From an uncultured delta proteobacterium (lineage in GTDB: Bacteria; Myxococcota_A; UBA9160; SZUA-336): a DNA stretch of 64,000 nt. Location: contig CAVPHD010000006.1 in assembly GCA_963704165.1 (NCBI GenBank), forward strand, positions 5,497 through 69,496. Reading direction: 5' to 3'. This document shows, in pieces, positions 28,529 through 38,351 of this stretch. The first letter of the stretch is position 1; the number at the start of each line of letters is the position of its first letter. The notes below the pieces were generated by a model. That model made no database searches. It had not been told where the DNA came from and saw nothing but the letters and a program-made list of their open reading frames with translations. The translations under genes and the position numbers were made by a program.

Positions 28529-29254
28529 TCAGTGGCTCGCGAACCCCCGTCGGAGAACGAGGAGCGCGACGCCGGTGGAGAGAAGCCATACGGCCGACGG
28601 TTCGGGAACGGCGGTCACGACGACGTTGTCGATCTTGCCGTAGTCGCCCTCGCCATTGTCGAGCCAGAACGCGACCCAGATCGAGGCTTGGTTGTCGGGC
28701 AGCGCGAAGTTCGCGTGCTGCATGACATCGTTCTTGCCGCTGAGCAGCGGCGTCCAGTTCGACCACGCGTAGGGCGTCGATCGCGCGTCGAAGAAGTCGC
28801 TCGATGCGAAAGCCGGAATCGCGCCGACGAAGTAGCCCACCCGGAGCCGATCCGCGCCCGAAGCCGAGAATGTCCGCCAGTCGAAGTCGAGCAGCGTGTT
28901 CGTCATCCCGATCGTGTTGACCTGGAACACGAGACCCGCTTCGTCCTCGAAGCGACCGACCGGCGTGAGATTCGCGGAGCTGCCATAGCGCTGGACCGCG
29001 AGGTCGTTGTTGATCGTGCCGCTGTTGCTCGGGTTCTCGAATCGGATCCCGTACCACCTCTCGTCGGCGCCCTCGGCGATCGTCGGAAGCCCAAGATTCA
29101 CCGGATCGTTCGCGGGATCGAAGGATGGAAAGCTCGTGTAGCCGTTGAACGTCTCCAGGAAGAGCGTCGCTGCGCCTGCGGGGCTCGCACCGAGGCCGAG
29201 CGCGCCGGATATGGCCGTGACGATCAGAGCTGCCCTTGCGATTCGAAGCGACAT
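28529..29254 (-). CDS. PEP-CTERM sorting-domain secreted protein
   Basis: 241 aa from ATG 29254 (GGAGGGA RBS). Signal peptide [29 protein letters not shown]-terminus [26 protein letters not shown]. Confidence 0.8.
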   Translation of the reverse strand: MSLRIARAALIVTAISGALGLGASPAGAATLFLETFNGYTSFPSFDPANDPVNLGLPTIAEGADERWYGIRFENPSNSGTINNDLAVQRYGSSANLTPVGRFEDEAGLVFQVNTIGMTNTLLDFDWRTFSASGADRLRVGYFVGAIPAFASSDFFDARSTPYAWSNWTPLLSGKNDVMQHANFALPDNQASIWVAFWLDNGEGDYGKIDNVVVTAVPEPSAVWLLSTGVALLVLRRGFASH

Positions 29255-29294
29255 CCGAGTCTCCCTCCGACGCTCGACGCTGAGAACTCTTGAA

Positions 29295-29320
29295 TCGCGT
29301 GGTGTGAATCGACCACGCGA
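29295..29320. other. perfect 9-bp inverted repeat (tcgcgtggt / accacgcga, 8-nt loop)
   Basis: Read directly. Lies between the monooxygenase stop (29420) and the PEP-CTERM start (29254). Could be a terminator or an operator. Confidence 0.35.
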
Positions 29321-29419
29321 CCGAGGGCATCCTACCCGCACCGAGTCCGGCAGCACAACGAAATTGTGCAGTTCCGCCACAGAGAGACTGCGTCGTATGT
29401 GAACCCGGAGAGGGCGGGA

Positions 29420-30900
29420 TCAGCGCATGCGCTCGAAGCTCTCGAGCTTGGGCTGCGCCATCTCGTCGCGGAAGCGCTCGAAGGTCCACGGCCAGATCGC
29501 GGGGATGCCGCGGTCGTCGAGGTACCAGCTCCGGCAGCCGGTGGTCCAGATGCGTGTTCTTCGCGGCCATCTCGCTGCGCTCGGCCTCGAACGTCTCCGT
29601 CGCAGCCTCGCGCTCGGGCTGATCTCTCGGCAGCGGCCCGACGCGGAGCTGCTCGACGAGCTGCAGGATGTAGCCGAACTGCAGCTCGGCGACCTCGATC
29701 AGCGAGAAGTTCCCGACCGGTCCGTTCGGGCCGTTCAGCATGAAGAGGTTCGGGAAGTCCGGAATCGAGATCGACGAGGTACGCGCTCGGCCGCTTCGCC
29801 CAGACGCTCGTCGAGCGTGACGCCGCCGCGCGCCGACGATCTTCGATCGGGCCGCATGAAGCGATCGACCGGAAGCCGGTCGCGAGCACGAGCACGTCGA
29901 GCTCGTGCAGGCGCCCGTCCGCGCGTTCGCACGCCCTCGGCTCGATGCGCTCGATCGCCTCGGTCACGAGCTCGGCGTTCGGCTTCTGGATCGCGGCGTA
30001 GAAGTCCGGCGAGATGACGAGCCGCTTGCACGCCGCGCGGTAGTTCGGCCGCAGCTTCTCGCGCAGCACGGGATCGGTCACGCTGGTCTCGAGGTTCGCG
30101 CAGGCACGCCGCCTCGATCACCTTCATCTGCGGCGAGTTCGCATCGACCACGGCGTTCGCGAACATGCCGGCGAACAGACTGCGACATGTTCTCGTGCAG
30201 CTCGCGCAGGAGCTCCGGGTTGCGGCGGAAGCTCTCCTTCTCCTCCTCGCTGTAGGCGAGGTTCTCGTGCGGCATGATCCACTGCGGCGGTGCGCTGGAA
30301 GAGCGAGAGCTTCGCCGACGCGGTCGACGAGCGCCGAGACGATCTGCACCGCCGTCGAGCCGGTGCCGATGATGCCCGACGCGCCGCCCGTCGAGCGTCG
30401 CCGTGTGATCCCAGCGCGCGCTGTGGAAGCACGCGCCGGCGAAGCGAGTCGAGGCCCGCGATGTCGGGCATGCGCGGGTGGTGCAGGACGCCGGTGGCCG
30501 CGATCACGACGTCGGCCTGGTCGCGAGGCCCCGACTTCATCTCGAGCTGCCAGCGACCCTCGCGGAATTCGGCCATCGCGAGCTCCTGGCCATACCGGAT
30601 GAGCTTCTCGACGCCGTACTTGCGCGCGACGCCCTCGAAGTACGTCTGGATCTCGCCGCCGAGGCGAGAAGTGCTCGGCTCCAGTCGGGATTCGGCTCGA
30701 AGGAGTAGGTGTAGAGGTGCGACGGCACGTCGCATGCGACGCCGGGGTATGTGTTCTCGCGCCACGTCCCGCCGAGCCGGTCCGTCTTCTCGTAGATCGT
30801 GATGTCGCGTGAAGCCGGCCTCGTGCAGCTTGATGGCCGACAGGATTCCCGACATTCCCGCACCGATGATCGCGAATCGAAGCTCCCGCTCGCCCGACAT
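29420..30900 (-). pseudogene. Baeyer-Villiger / flavin-containing monooxygenase (type I BVMO-like); about 13 frame disruptions
   Basis: ATG 30900 (GGTGGAGG RBS). Consecutive pieces in alternating frames: [22 protein letters not shown] / [43 protein letters not shown] / [16 protein letters not shown]... / FAGACFHSARWDH / GIIGTGSTAVQIV / ...ATGF... / FPNLFMLNGPNGP / WTTGCRSWYLDD...FERMR-stop. Confidence 0.8.
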
Positions 30901-30997
30901 GCGCACCTCCACCTGGGTTTCGTGGAATCCGCCTTCAATTCGCGCGCCAGCGAGCGCTGCGCTCCTCGAGCGGGCCGCGTGTATATTCCGCGCGGGC

Positions 30998-32298
30998 ATG
31001 AGCAACGTCGCGCTCGCGGTGCAGTTCTTCCTCCAGCTGGCCGCCATCCTGGCGTTCTGCCGGATCGTCGGCGCCGTCGCTGCGAGACTCGGCCAACCGC
31101 AGGTCGTGGCCGAGATGATCGCGGGCGTGATGCTCGGCCCCTCGCTCTTCGGGCTGCTGCTGCCGGAGGCCCAGGCGTGGCTCTTTCCGTGGGACGAGAC
31201 GCCAGTCGGGGCGCGACACGCAGAGCTACCTCTTCCCCGCCTCGCAGCTCGGCCTCGCCCTGTACATGTTCGTGGTCGGCATGGAGTTCCGCACCGACAT
31301 CGTACGGCGCCGACTGCGGAGCTCGATCGTCGTCTCGCTCGCCGGGATGGCCGCGCCGTTCGCGCTCGGCGCCGGTCTGGCCTGGGTCTTCTTCCATCAC
31401 ACGGACTGTTCCCGGCGCAGACGACGCTCGTCGAGGCGATGCTCTTCCTCGGCGCATCGATGTGCATCACGGCGTTCCCGATGCTCGCGCGGATCATCCA
31501 CTTCAAGCGGCTCGCGGGCACCACGATGGGTACCGTCGCGCTCGGCGCGGGCGCGATCGACGACGCCACCGCGTGGTGTCTGCTCGCGGTCGTGCTCGCG
31601 AGCTTCGACGGCGATTGGAGCCACGCCATCTACAACATCGGCGGCGGACTCGCGTACGTGGCCTTCGCGCTCGGCGTGCTCCGCCCGCTTCTCCGCCGCG
31701 CACAGCACTGGTTGCTCCGCGACGGCGCCCTGGGCGAAACCGGGCCTCGCCGTCGGTCTCGCGTTCCTGTCGGTCGGCGCGTGGTTCACGGATTGGATCG
31801 GCCTGCACGCGGTCTTCGGCGCGTTCGTGATGGGAGCGGCGATGCCGCGCGGTGTCGTATCGCGCGGACTGACCACACGCATCGAGCCGCTCACCGTGGC
31901 GCTTCTGCTGCCCGCTCTTCTTCACCTACTCGGGTCTGAACACGAAGATCGGCCTGCTCGACTCGGCGTCGCTCTGGCTGATCTGCGGCGCGGTCCTCGT
32001 CGCAGCGGTGCTCGGCAAGGGCGTCGCATGCGGGCTCGCGGCGCGCGCGACGGGCATCGCCTCGCGCGAGGCGATCGGCATCGGCGCGCTGATGAACGCG
32101 CGCGGGCTGATGGAGCTGATCATCATCAACATCGGCCTCGCTCGCGGCGTGATCTCGAACGAGCTCTTCGCCACGCTCGTGATCATGGCGATCATCACGA
32201 CGCTGATGGCCTCGCCGATCTTCGAGCTCGTCGTCGGCAGTGGGAACGTCGTGGCCGAACCGGAAGCGGACGCGTCGCGCGACGCCGAAGCGGCCTGA
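30998..32298 (+). pseudogene. cation:proton antiporter (CPA2/Kef-like); about 4 frame disruptions
   Basis: [49 protein letters not shown]... continues in other frames as [80 protein letters not shown]. Shifts near 31200, 31402, 31740 and 31915. Confidence 0.8.
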
Positions 32299-32320
32299 CC
32301 TCGGGGAGAGCGGGCGGCCG

Positions 32321-33497
32321 CTAGCCGGGTTGCCCGTCGAGACGCGGACGCACGAGCATCGGCACGTAGTGCAGCAGGAAGACCGCGTACGCCGCGGCCC
32401 AGAGAAACGCGGCGAGCGCGATCACGTGCAGGTACGGATCGGGAAACACGAGCGCGCCCAGCGTGCGCACGAGCGCGGCGGCGCTGACGAGCAGATAGGC
32501 GATGGTCGCGGCGCGCGGAGCCAGGCAGCGGACGGCCGGTGTGACCGAGCACGACGCGGGTCATCACGGCGAGAATCATCGTGCCGATCGCGCCCGTCGT
32601 CTCGGCGTGCAGGCCGACGCTCGACGGGATCGCGCCCGTGAGGTCGGCGAGCGCGACCGCGCCGAGCCCGATCGCGACCCACGCATAGCCGAGATGCAGC
32701 GACCAGAGCAGCGGATCGTGCTTCGTGCGCAGCGTCTGCCAGCCGGACATGCGCAGAGCGACGGCGAGCGCGGCGAAGAGCGCGATCGCTCCGCTCGCGG
32801 CCGTGCGCGGGAAGAGCAGGTTCGCGAGCGCGACGCCGACCGCCCCGACGATCGCGGCGCGGTCGAGCCACGGCCGGGTGACGACGACGGCTGCGATGCC
32901 GTCACGGCGGAAGGTGTTCGCGGTGAAGGCCGGCGTGATGCGGCCACCCATCACGACGATCAGGACGATCGCGAGATCGACGCCGACGCGAAGACGCGAT
33001 CGGCGCCAGGCCGGGCGCGAGGCCCAGCGCGTCGAGATGCGCGATGACGTTCAGGAGCGCGAGCGCCGTCAGGATCAGCGGGAAGCCGAAGTTCCGCTTC
33101 TGCCGCGCGGCGACGATCGGCCGCGCGATCACGAACGCGAGCGCCGGCAGGAACGCGACGTCGATCGCCCGCGACCCACGCGACGCGGAACGACCCCCGC
33201 GAAGACCATCGCGACGCGGCCGGCGAGCCAGAGCGCCGCGAGAGCTCCGAGCCCGGCGCCGGTGACCGGTCGCGACTGCGTCCAGGTCGGCGCCGCCGTG
33301 AGCAGGAACCCGGATGCGGCCGCGACGACGAAGCCGAAGACCATCTCGTGCGCGTGCCAGAGCGAGGGCGTGTAGGCGAGCCAGCCCGGCTCGGGCAGGA
33401 CGCCCGCGTAGATCGCGAGCCAGGCGAGCACGGCGACCGACGCCTGCAGGCCCGCGAGCAGGAAGAACGGACGGAACGCGCGACCGAGCAGCGTCAC
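32321..33497 (-). pseudogene. NnrS family membrane protein; at least 3 frame disruptions
   Basis: GTG 33497 (VTLLGRAFRPFFLLAGLQA...WHAHEMVFGFV). Continues AIDVAFLPALAFVIARPIVAARQKRNF, then MGGRITPAFTAN...HLGYAWVAIG...HAETTGAIGTMILAVMTRVVLGHTGRPL, then ...FLLHYVPMLVRPRLDGQPG-stop at 32321. Shifts near 33165, 32990 and 32525. Confidence 0.75.
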
Positions 33498-34689
33498 GCC
33501 GGGACCGCGGTCGTCGAGCACGCAGCGCACGCCGCCGACATCCATCTCGGCGACGCAGACGTTGCAGTGCGTGCAGCGCGAGCGCGCGCGCCGCATCGCT
33601 CGCCATGCGCCGAACCAGATCGGGATCGGCGATCAGCGCGCGGCCCATCGCGACGAAGTCGAACCCTTCCGCCATCGCGGCGTCGACGTTCGCGCGCGAG
33701 ACGATCCCGCCGAGCAGGACGAGCGGCATGCGACACGGCCGCTCGCACCTCGCGCGCCTGCTTCAGGAAGAACATCTCCTCGAACGGGTACTCGCGGATC
33801 ACGCGCTCGCCAAAGTAGCGCAGCACGAACTTCTGCCCATCCGGCTCTTGTCCGCCGCGATCATCTCGGCGAGCGGGCGCTGGCCGCGGAACAGGTAGAA
33901 CGGCGACTTGCTCGTGAAGCCGCCGGACAGCACGAGGGCGCTCGCGCCCTCGCGCTCGAGCAGGCGCGCGAGCGCGACCGCGTCGGGAAGCTCGAGCCCG
34001 CCGCGGAAGCCGTCGCGCAGGTTCATCTTGCACAGGATCGGAAAGCCCGGCGCCGACCACCTCGCGCACGCGCCGCAGCACCTCGAGCGAGAACCGCGCG
34101 CGGGCCTCGAGATCGCCGCCGTAGCCGTCCTTGCGCCGGTTCGTCGCCGGGCGAGAGGAACTGCGAGAGCAGGTAGCCGTGACCGAGGTGGAGCTCGACC
34201 GCGTCGAAGCCGGCGTCGCGCGCCAGACCCGACGCGCGACCGAAGTCCTCGACCACGCGCGCGATCTCGCGCGCGTTCATCGCAAGCGCCAGCGGCTCGC
34301 CCGCGCTGAGCCCGTAGCCGTTCACGGCGAGCGACGGGCCGCGCGGAAACCACGTCGAGAGCTCCGCGTTCTTCGTGAACCAGCCGCAGTGACCGAGCTG
34401 GAGCGACGCCGCGCCGCCCTCGCGGTGCACCGCGTCGGTGACGCGGCGCAACGGCGACACCGTCTCGGGCCGCATCGTCATCTGCTCCGCGAACGTGCGG
34501 CCGTCGGGCGAGACCGCGCAGTACGCGACGGTCGTCAGCCCGACGCCCGCCGGCGGCGAGCACGCGGTGGTGCTCGACGAGCGCGTCCGACGGGATCCCG
34601 CCCGGGCACATGCCCTCGTAGGTCGCCGTCTTGATCACGCGGTTGCGCAGGTCGAGCGCGCCGAGGCGCGCGGGCGCGAAAGCATTCAT
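33494..34689 (-). pseudogene. NADH:flavin oxidoreductase (Old Yellow Enzyme family); 6-7 frame disruptions
   Basis: ATG 34689 (MNAFAPARLGALDLRNRVIKTATYEGM). Then ...LQLGHCGW..., GFDAVELHLGHGYLLSQFLSP, NRRKDGYGGDLEARARF, FPILCKMNLRDG, MPLVLLGGIVS...FVAMGRALIADPDLV, CTHCNVCV. The last readable frame has no stop before the NnrS start; the stop at 33494 is reached only after one more shift. Confidence 0.78.
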
Positions 34690-34702
34690 TTCCGTGTCCA
34701 CC

Positions 34703-35471
34703 TCAGAAGCGATCGGGTCGGATCTCGGCGTCGTTCCCGCCGTCGATGTAGTGGATCGAGCCGTGGATCCAGCTCGCGCGGCGACCGAGCAGGAACGCCG
34801 CGAACTCGGCGATCTCCTCGGGCTCGCCGATCCGCCCGAGCGGGATCTGAGAGCCTTTCGATCGCAGCGCCGGTGACGGGATCGGCCATGTCCCCCGCGA
34901 GCAGCGGCGTTCTCACCGGACCGGGCGCGACGGCGTTGAGCCGCACACCCGCGCGTCCCCAGTCGCCCGCTCGCCGACGCACGGCGCGCCCGAGTGCGTG
35001 CTTCGCGCCGAGGTACGCGACGATCGAGCTGTCGCCGGCGTCGGCGAGCCGGCGCGCCTCGGCCTCGTCCTGCGCGAGCAGCGCGACGACGTACGGATGC
35101 TCGTCGAGCCGGGCCATCTGCGCGGAGTTCGAGCAGACCACGAGCGCCGCGGGATCGGTGCCCGAGCGCAGCGCGGGAAGCAGGCGATCGAGAACCTCGA
35201 CCGCCCCGAAGAAGTTCACCGAAGCGACGCGCGACGGCGGCCGCACGTGCGTCCCCACGCCGGCCGAGAGCACCAGCCGATCCAGGCACTGCTCACTTCG
35301 CGAGAGCACGGCCTCGACCGCCGCCTCCCGGCCATCGCGCGTCGAGAGATCCGCGATCACCTCGGCGTCCCGCAGATCGATCCCGATCACCCGCGCGCCA
35401 TCCGCCTCGAGGCGGCGTCGGATCGCCGCGCCAATCCCCGACGCGCTGCCCGTGACCGCGGCGACGCTCAT
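34703..35471 (-). pseudogene. SDR family oxidoreductase (3-alpha-hydroxysteroid-dehydrogenase-like); one frame disruption near 34860
   Basis: ATG 35471 overlaps the asnS stop (ATGA). MSVAAVTGSASGIGAA, YLGAKHA, NAVAPGPVRTPLL. The last about 50 aa continue in another frame: IPLGRIGEPEEIAEFAAFLLG...YIDGGNDAEIRPDRF-stop at 34703. Confidence 0.75.
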
Positions 35472-36825
35472 CAGAACTCCGCGTACCCGGGAACGCGCGG
35501 AAACGGAATGACGTCGCGGATGTTCGCCATTCCCGTCAGGTAGAGCACGAGCCGTTCGAAGCCCAGACCGAAGCCCGCGTGCGGCACCGATCCGAAGCGC
35601 CGCAGGTCGAGGTACCACTGGTACGGCGACTCGGGAAGGCCGCACTCCGCCAGGCGCGCGCGCAGCACATCGACCCGGTCCTCGCGCTGCGAGCCCCCGA
35701 TGATCTCGCCGACCTTCGGCACGAGCACGTCCATCGCCCGCACGGTCCGGTCGTCGTCGTTCAGGTACATGTAGAAGGCTTTGATCGTCTTCGGGTAGTC
35801 GGTGACGATCACGGGGCGGCCGACGTGCGTCTCGGTCAGGTAGCGCTCGTGCTCGCTCGCGAGGTCGGCGCCCCACTTCACCGGAAACTCGAAGTCCTGG
35901 CCGGAACGCTTCGAGGATCGCGACCGCATCTCCGTAGGTCAGGTGCTCGAACGCGCTCTCGGCCACGTGCTCGAGCGTCGCGCGCAGTCCCTTCGAGATC
36001 CGCTCGTCGAAGAACGCGAGGTCCTCGGCCGACTCGTCGAGGACGGCCTTCACCACGTAGCGCAGGAACGACTGGGCGAGATCCATGTCGCCGCGCAGAT
36101 CGCAGAAGGCCATCTCGGGCTCGATCATCCAGAACTCCGCGAGGTGGCGGCTGGTGTTCGAGTTCTCGGCGCGGAAGGTCGGTCCGAAGCGTGTAGACGT
36201 TCGAGAGCGCGAGCGCGCCGATCTCGGCCTCGAGCTGGCCCGAGACGGTCAGGAACGCGGGCCGGCCGAAGAACTCCGCCGTCGAACTCCGGCACGGTCA
36301 CGCGGAACATCGAGCCCGCCCCCTCCGCGTCGCTCGTCGTGATGATCGGCGTGTGCAGCCAGACGAAGCCCCGCTCCTGGAAGAAGCGGTGCACGGCGCG
36401 CGCGGCGACGTTTCGCACGCGCAGCACCGCGCCGAGCGTGTTCGTGCGCGGGCGCAGGTGGGCGATCGTGCGCAGGAACTCGAAGCCGTGGCGCTTCTTC
36501 TGCAGCGGATAGTCGGGATCGGCCCAGCCGACGACCTCGAGCCGCGTGGCGCGAAGCTCGACGCGTCTGCCCCTTGCCCTGCGAGGGAACGAGCTCACCG
36601 TCGACCACGACCGCGCAGCCGGTGTCGAGCTTCGACGATCTCCGCTTCGTAGTTCGCAAGCTCGGGACCGGCGACGACCTGCAGCCCCGCGAGGCTCGAT
36701 CCGTCGGAGAGATCGAGGAACGAGACGCCCTTCGAGTGCCGCGCCGTGCGCAGCCAGCCGCGCACGCCGACCGATTCGCCCGCGCTTCCGCGCGCGAGCA
36801 GGTCCACGACCCGCGAGAACGCCAT
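35471..36825 (-). pseudogene. asnS: asparagine--tRNA ligase; 4 frame disruptions plus an in-frame lesion in motif 2
   Basis: ATG 36825. [26 protein letters not shown] / [15 protein letters not shown] / [34 protein letters not shown]...[21 protein letters not shown] / [17 protein letters not shown]...[24 protein letters not shown] / [11 protein letters not shown]...GGSQRE...[34 protein letters not shown]. Shifts near 36640, 36570, 36275 and 35925. Confidence 0.85.
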
Positions 36826-36874
36826 CCACCTCTCCCCGGAGCCGATCCGTTCGGGCCATCCTAGCGGAGCGAGA

Positions 36875-36903
36875 TTGACAGCGAGAGTGCGTTTCCGTTT
36901 CAT
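36875..36903 (+). promoter_or_regulatory. candidate sigma70-type promoter TTGACA - 17 nt - TTTCAT, giving a near-leaderless MFS transcript
   Basis: Consensus -35 hexamer at 36875-36880, exact 17-nt spacer, -10 hexamer at 36898-36903. ATG at 36916 has no Shine-Dalgarno sequence (ccgcgcgcgcgcATG). Confidence 0.35.
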
Positions 36904-36915
36904 CCGCGCGCGCGC

Positions 36916-38351
36916 ATGTCAGACGACCCCGACGACGAGCGGCCGTTCGGAATCCTGGGCGGACGACGCTACCCGCGAGTGCCGATCGCGCGCGACGCGG
37001 CGATCCTCCGCCGCGACCTCGCCTACGTCCACACCGACGCGATCGCCGCGAGCGTGATGGTCGGCACCGGCGAGACCTACATCGCCGCGTTCGCGCTCGC
37101 GCTCGGCCTCGGCGACATCGTCGCCGGCATCGTCGCGTCGGGGCCGCTGCTCGCCGGCGCGGTGCTCCAGCTGATCTCACCCTGGGCGGTTCGACGTCTC
37201 GGCTCGCACCGACGCTGGGTGGTGTGGACGGCCGGAGCTGCAGGCCGCGAGCTTCGTCGCCGCTGATCGTCGCCGCGCTGCTCGGACGGCTCAGCGCCAT
37301 CGGCTTGCTCGCGATCGCGACCTTCTACTGGGCCACCGGCATGGCCGCGGGCCCGGCCTGGAACACCTGGGTCGGCACGATCGTTCCCCGCCGCCTGCGC
37401 GCGCGCTTCTTCGCGCGTCGCAGCCGCGTCGGCCAGGCGGCGCTGCTCGCGGGCCTGCTCGGCGGCGGCGCGATCCTGCACGTCTGCGAGTCGGCGGGAG
37501 AGAAGCTGATCGGCTTCGCGCTGCTCTTCGCGCTCGCGGGAGCTGGCGCGCGGCGTATCTCTGCCTGGCTGCTCGCGCACCAGAGCGAGCCGGACCCGCT
37601 CGTCGAACGCGTGAGCGGCGGCCTCGACCTCGCGCCCCCGCCCTCGACCCCCGGCAATCGCCGTCTGCTCGCGTACCTGCTCGCGGTGCAGACGAGCGTG
37701 CACATCGCTGCGCCCTTCTTCACGCCCTACATGCTCGGCGAGGGCGCGCTCGGCCTCTCGTACGTCGGCTACATGACGCTGATCGCGGCGTCGTTCGTCT
37801 CGAAGATCTTCGCGCTGCCCTGGCTCGGGCACTTCTCGGCGCGGCACGGCGCACGGCGATTGCTGCGGCTCGCGGGCCTCTCGATCGTGCCGCTGCCCGC
37901 ACTCTGGACGTTCTCGAACGACTTTTCGGTTCTGCTCGCGATCCAGCTCGTCAGCGGCGTCGCGTGGGGCGCGCACGAGCTCGCCACCTTCCTGCTCTTC
38001 TTCGACGCGATCCGCCCGGAGGAGCGCACGCGTGTGCTCACCTGGTTCAACCTGGCGAGCGCGACGGCCATGGTCGTCGGAGCCGCGGCCGGCGGCTGGT
38101 TCCTGAGCTCGCAGGGCGCCGATCTGCCCGGCTACGCGACACTTTTCTGGATCAGCGCGGGAGCACGCGCGCTGACGCTGCCGCTGCTCGCGTGGATGCC
38201 GGACATCAAGATCTCGGCCCCGCCGCCGGCGATGCGCATTCTGGCGGCGCGTCCGTCCTCGGGCTCGATCGACCGGCCGGTGCTCTCCGACCGCGAGGAC
38301 AGCCCGATCGACGGGCCGCCCGAGCCCGCCCCGCTCAGCGCGCCTCCGTAG
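36916..38351 (+). pseudogene. MFS transporter; one frame disruption near 37235
   Basis: N-terminal 105 aa (track ORF 36916..37266) and the remainder (track ORF 37224..38351) are both multi-TM, and they join at ...SHRRWVVW / ...[16 protein letters not shown]. 1436 nt equals 479 codons minus 1. Confidence 0.72.

Noticed and set aside
33494-33500. Apparent in-frame fusion of the OYE flavin oxidoreductase with NnrS (no stop before the NnrS GTG).
   Set aside because: One more +1 shift, of the kind seen six times earlier in the same gene, brings the OYE frame to TGA at 33494-33496, overlapping the NnrS GTG (GTGA). Two separate coupled genes are far more likely than a fusion.
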